NCBI GenBank assembly: GCA_009914755.4
Contig: CP086569.2
Span: forward strand, 4,000,001-4,064,000
Length of the DNA stretch: 64,000 bases
DNA from: the human T2T-CHM13v2.0 reference genome, Homo sapiens
Reading direction: 5' to 3'
Below the pieces are notes generated by a model, which was not told the origin of the DNA, did no database searches, and saw only the letters and a list, made by a program, of their open reading frames with translations. The position numbers were made by a program, and so were the translations under genes. This document shows positions 60,701 through 64,000 of this stretch, in pieces; within the stretch, counting starts at the first letter, position 1, and the number at the start of each line of letters is the position of its first letter.

Positions 60701-61764
60701 TTTATTTATCATTAGAATATGAGATACTTTCATATAGAAATAACTACTTTTTCAAATGTAAATCCTTCTGCTGAGCCCAGTAGAATTCAATTAATGTTTA
60801 TCAAATTGAATTAAAGCACAAATTCATGGTAAAAATATAATTAGTTAAAAGATTTGTTTACCTATTTTTTCCTGCACTTCTTACTCATTCATTATGTAAT
60901 ATTTGTATAATAGTATAACACACATTAAAGCATACTTAAAAAGTAAATCATTTCAATTAATAGAATGTATTATGTTTTCTCCTTGAGTTCAAATCCTAGT
61001 CCTGCCCCTTCTCTGGTTGTGTAGCCTTTGATAAATTGTTCAACCTCTTAATGCTGAAATTTTCTTATTTGCAAAATGGGGAGCACAAAAATGGGACCCA
61101 CCTTAAAAAGTAATTATGGCAGTTATATGAATTAATGTATGTAAATATATATGTATAGTAAGTGTTTTATGTGTTTGTATTTAGTTGATGTTTGAAAAAT
61201 GTTATTCATGTATAAACTGTGAATAACTAGAAGCAGAAGACAGTTGAGGTTCCTTAACAAAAAACAGATTACCATGAGAAAAAGAAACAGTAGTTTATTA
61301 ACATGTATATCTCATATATACATAGATGCTATCTTGAAAAATGAATAATGTCAAAGAGGTGGCCTAGAACTCTGGTGTGTTAGCATCTTCAACTGTAATA
61401 AACAAAAAAGGGTATAGAGGAGGCAAGACATGGAACAGTAATCAGAAAATGCAGGGTAAAAAAGAGTAAGGTTTGCTATGCAGTTATAAGTCAATGTCTT
61501 CTCCATTGATAAGAGTCTCTTGTGATTTCATCATCCTTCTTTTCTTGGTACACAGGAACACTTACAAATGGAGATTTCCTTTAAAAGTATAAAGTTTTTC
61601 TCATAAAACGGTAAACTGTGCTGTTTTTAGAATTTCTCCTGTCTGCTATTTCTCAAAATAACCAGATTAAAAAAAATTTATGCCAAAAAGGCATATTTTG
61701 ATCTCCTACAGTCATATTTTAGGATGGCATATGTTGGAATCCTACACATCAAAAGTCCATAGTT

Positions 61765-62126
61765 ATATTAGTCCATTTTCACACTGCTATGAAGAAATAT
61801 CTGAGATCGGGTAATTTATAAAGAAAAAGAGGTATAATGGACTTACAGTTCCACATGGCTGGGGAGGCCTCACAATCATGGCGGAAGGCAAACGAGATGC
61901 AAAGTCACATGGTACATGGTGGCAGGCAAGATAGAGCATGTGTAGGCAAACTTTCCTTTATGAAACAATCAGATCTCATAAGACTTATTCACTATCAAGA
62001 GAACAGCACAAGAAAAACCCATCCCTATGATTCAATTACCTCCCACTCGGTTTCTCACACATGTGGGAAATATGAGAGCTACAATTCAAAAAGAGATTTG
62101 AGTGGGGACACAGCCAAACCATATCA
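61765..62126 (-). mobile_element. Solo ERVL-MaLR LTR (THE1/MST-type)
   Basis: tatattagtccattttcacactgctatgaagaaatatctgagatcgggtaatttataaagaaaaagaggtataatggacttacagttccacatggctggggaggcctcacaatcatggcggaagg...ctacaattcaaaaagagatttgagtggggacacagccaaaccatatca. Confidence 0.85.
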
Positions 62127-62440
62127 ATAGTTCACGTTAGGATTCACTGTTGGTGTTATGCATTCTATAGGTTTTGACAAATGTATAATGACATGTATCT
62201 ATTATTGCAATATCATACTGAATAATCTCACTCCTATAAAATCCTCTGTGGTTTGCCTGTCCTTCCCACACTACCCCGTAACCCCAGCAACCACTAACCC
62301 CATTAACCTTTTCACTGTCTTCGTAGTTTTGCCTTTTACAGAATACCATATACTTGGAATCATATACTGTGTAGCTTTATTTCACTTAGCAATATGTATT
62401 TAGATTTCCTGCATGTGTTTATATACCTTGATAACTCCTT

Positions 62441-62462
62441 TCTTTCTTTCTTTCCTTCTTTC

Positions 62463-62478
<16 letters not shown>
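62441..62478. repeat. (CTTT)n simple repeat abutting the Alu poly-T
   Basis: ctttctttctttccttctttcttttcttttctttcttt. Confidence 0.85.
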
Positions 62479-62495
<17 letters not shown>

Positions 62496-62779
62496 TTTTT
62501 GACAGAGTCTCACTCTGTCACCCAGACTGGAGTGTGGTAGTGCAGTCTCGGCTTACTGCAATCTCCGCCTCCTGGATCAAGTGATTCTCCTGTCTCAGCC
62601 TCCAGAGTAGCTGGGACTATAGGTGCACACCACCATGCCCAGATAATTTTTGTATTTTTAGTAGAGGAAGTGGTTCACCATATTGGTCAGGCTGATCTCG
62701 AACTCCTGACCTTAGGTGATCCACTTGCCTTGGCCTCCTAAAGTGATGGGATTGCAGGCATGAGCTACCAGACCTGGCC
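62479..62779 (-). mobile_element. Alu (AluS-like), full length in antisense orientation
   Basis: A poly-T tract 62479-62500, then gacagagtctcactctgtcacccagactggagtg...ggcatgagctaccagacctggcc. Confidence 0.9.
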
Positions 62780-63518
62780 AGTTCATTTCTTTTTAGTGCT
62801 GAGTGATATTCCATTGTCTGAAGGAAAAATAGTTTATTTATTCATTCATCTACTGAGTAACATTTTAGCTGCTTTTAAGTTTTGACAATTATGAATAAAG
62901 CTGCTATAAATATTCTTTTGCAGGCTTTTGTGTATACACAACTTTTCAGTTCATTTGAATAAATACCAAGGGGTGTGATTGCTAAATCATATGCTAAGAT
63001 TATGTTTAGTTTTGTAAAACACTGCCAAAGTATCTCTCCCAATGGCTGTAATATTTTGCATACCCATCAGCAATAAATGAAAGCTACTATTGCTCCACAT
63101 CTTCACTAGCATTTGATGTTAGTGTTTTTGAATTTGATCATTCTAATAGGTCTGTAGTGGTACTATGGCATTTTGGAATCAATGCTTCATTTAAAGAATA
63201 ATGATTCTTGTAGAAAATTTAGGCCTCTGGAAATAATTCTGAAAAAAATCAGACTTTGCACTATCACTCAAGTACTAAAACACTTTTAAAGTGTTGTAAG
63301 TGGTGTCATAATTAAGACACAAATTATCTTATGATTTGTTAAAGAAATCAAGTAACACTTAGAAGAACATTACCATATGTGTGTCAGGTGAGATACAATG
63401 AAAAAATGAAGCCAAACTGCATGAAATAAAGGATGTTTATTACTCACAGGTCAGGGAGATTATAAGTGTGTACAAGAGGCTGATGAGAAGTCCAGAGACA
63501 GCAGGGTGCTCAACCTGT

Positions 63519-63580
63519 AAGTGGTAAACAAGAAAGAGAGACAGAGAGAAAGAAAGAGAGAGAAAGAGAGAAAACTTATA
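63519..63580. repeat. GA-rich (AGAGA/AAGAGAG)n simple repeat
   Basis: aagaaagagagacagagagaaagaaagagagagaaagagagaaaac. Confidence 0.8.
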
Positions 63581-64000
63581 GAAGTATGCCCTTATTAAGG
63601 ACCATAGGCATTATTTTTTATCCTTTTCCAAAAGGGTTGTAGAATAGCTAGTTTACATAAACCTGCATGAAGGAGAAACATATTTACAGGACTCTGGTGA
63701 CGGTCATTAGGTTTCACTGTAATTAGCATCTGTGGGTTGTGTGGGGGTCAGTGAAATAAAAAACAAGCAGGTGCTGTTACAAACAATCATTTGTTTGTTT
63801 TAACTAGACTAAAGCTGATGAGGCATGACTGGATTACAAACAACTTGTGTCTGTCCTAAAATGGATGCTGAGGCAACAACTATGTTAAACAAATTCATAA
63901 CATCTTATCACACATTACTTTATCTACATCTGTATCTATATTTATGTATATTTATATATAAATTGTGTATATAAATTTACATATAAAATCCTCTGTGCTT

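Overview
This window is primate (almost certainly human) nuclear genomic DNA, not a prokaryotic locus. It is AT-rich and roughly half interspersed repeats. I could not support any cellular protein-coding gene, rRNA, tRNA or CRISPR array. All coordinates come from hand alignment and are approximate.

Almost every entry in the six-frame ORF track is a transposable-element reading-frame remnant or a chance ORF in repeats. I read the sequence against memory of the L1, Alu, THE1/MST (MaLR), LTR12 (HERV9) and LTR7/HERV-H consensus sequences.

Main features, left to right:
- **1-4865 (+):** an old L1 running from the ORF1 C-terminus through ORF2 and the 3-prime UTR to an A-rich tail.
- **6688-6977 (-):** a full-length Alu.
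- **7677-18032:** a cluster of four L1 pieces. A plus-strand 3-prime fragment, a minus-strand fragment and a plus-strand L1 abut at about 10500; an older L1M follows at 14748-18032. A truncated Alu sits at 14437-14646.
- **19375-19420:** a roughly 25-bp micro-Alu flanked by target-site duplications.
- **25617-28866 (-):** a full-length THE1/MST-type MaLR element (LTR, internal, LTR). A plus-strand solo LTR12 with CCAAT-box tandem repeats is inserted at 27089-28069.
- **29564-32693 (+):** a young 3.1-kb L1PA, near L1HS, with target-site duplications, a 20-nt poly-A and an uninterrupted 313-aa RT-domain ORF.
- **34875-40716 (-):** a 5.84-kb HERV-H provirus. It has two LTR7-type LTRs, an intact 5-bp target-site duplication, a tRNA-His primer-binding site, a polypurine tract, gag zinc knuckles, protease and RT remnants, and an internal tandem-repeat array.
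- **41444-41866 (+):** a probable ERV1 solo LTR.
- **47420-47931 (+):** an Alu whose middle linker has expanded into a 220-bp AT-rich minisatellite.
- **47971-48353, 61765-62126 (-):** solo MaLR LTRs.
- **62479-62779 (-):** an Alu preceded by (CTTT)n.
- Several microsatellites.

Nothing here resembles a novel defence or biosynthetic system. The most biologically interesting elements are the HERV-H/LTR7 provirus (a class that drives stem-cell lncRNAs), the LTR12 promoter-type LTR, and the young L1.
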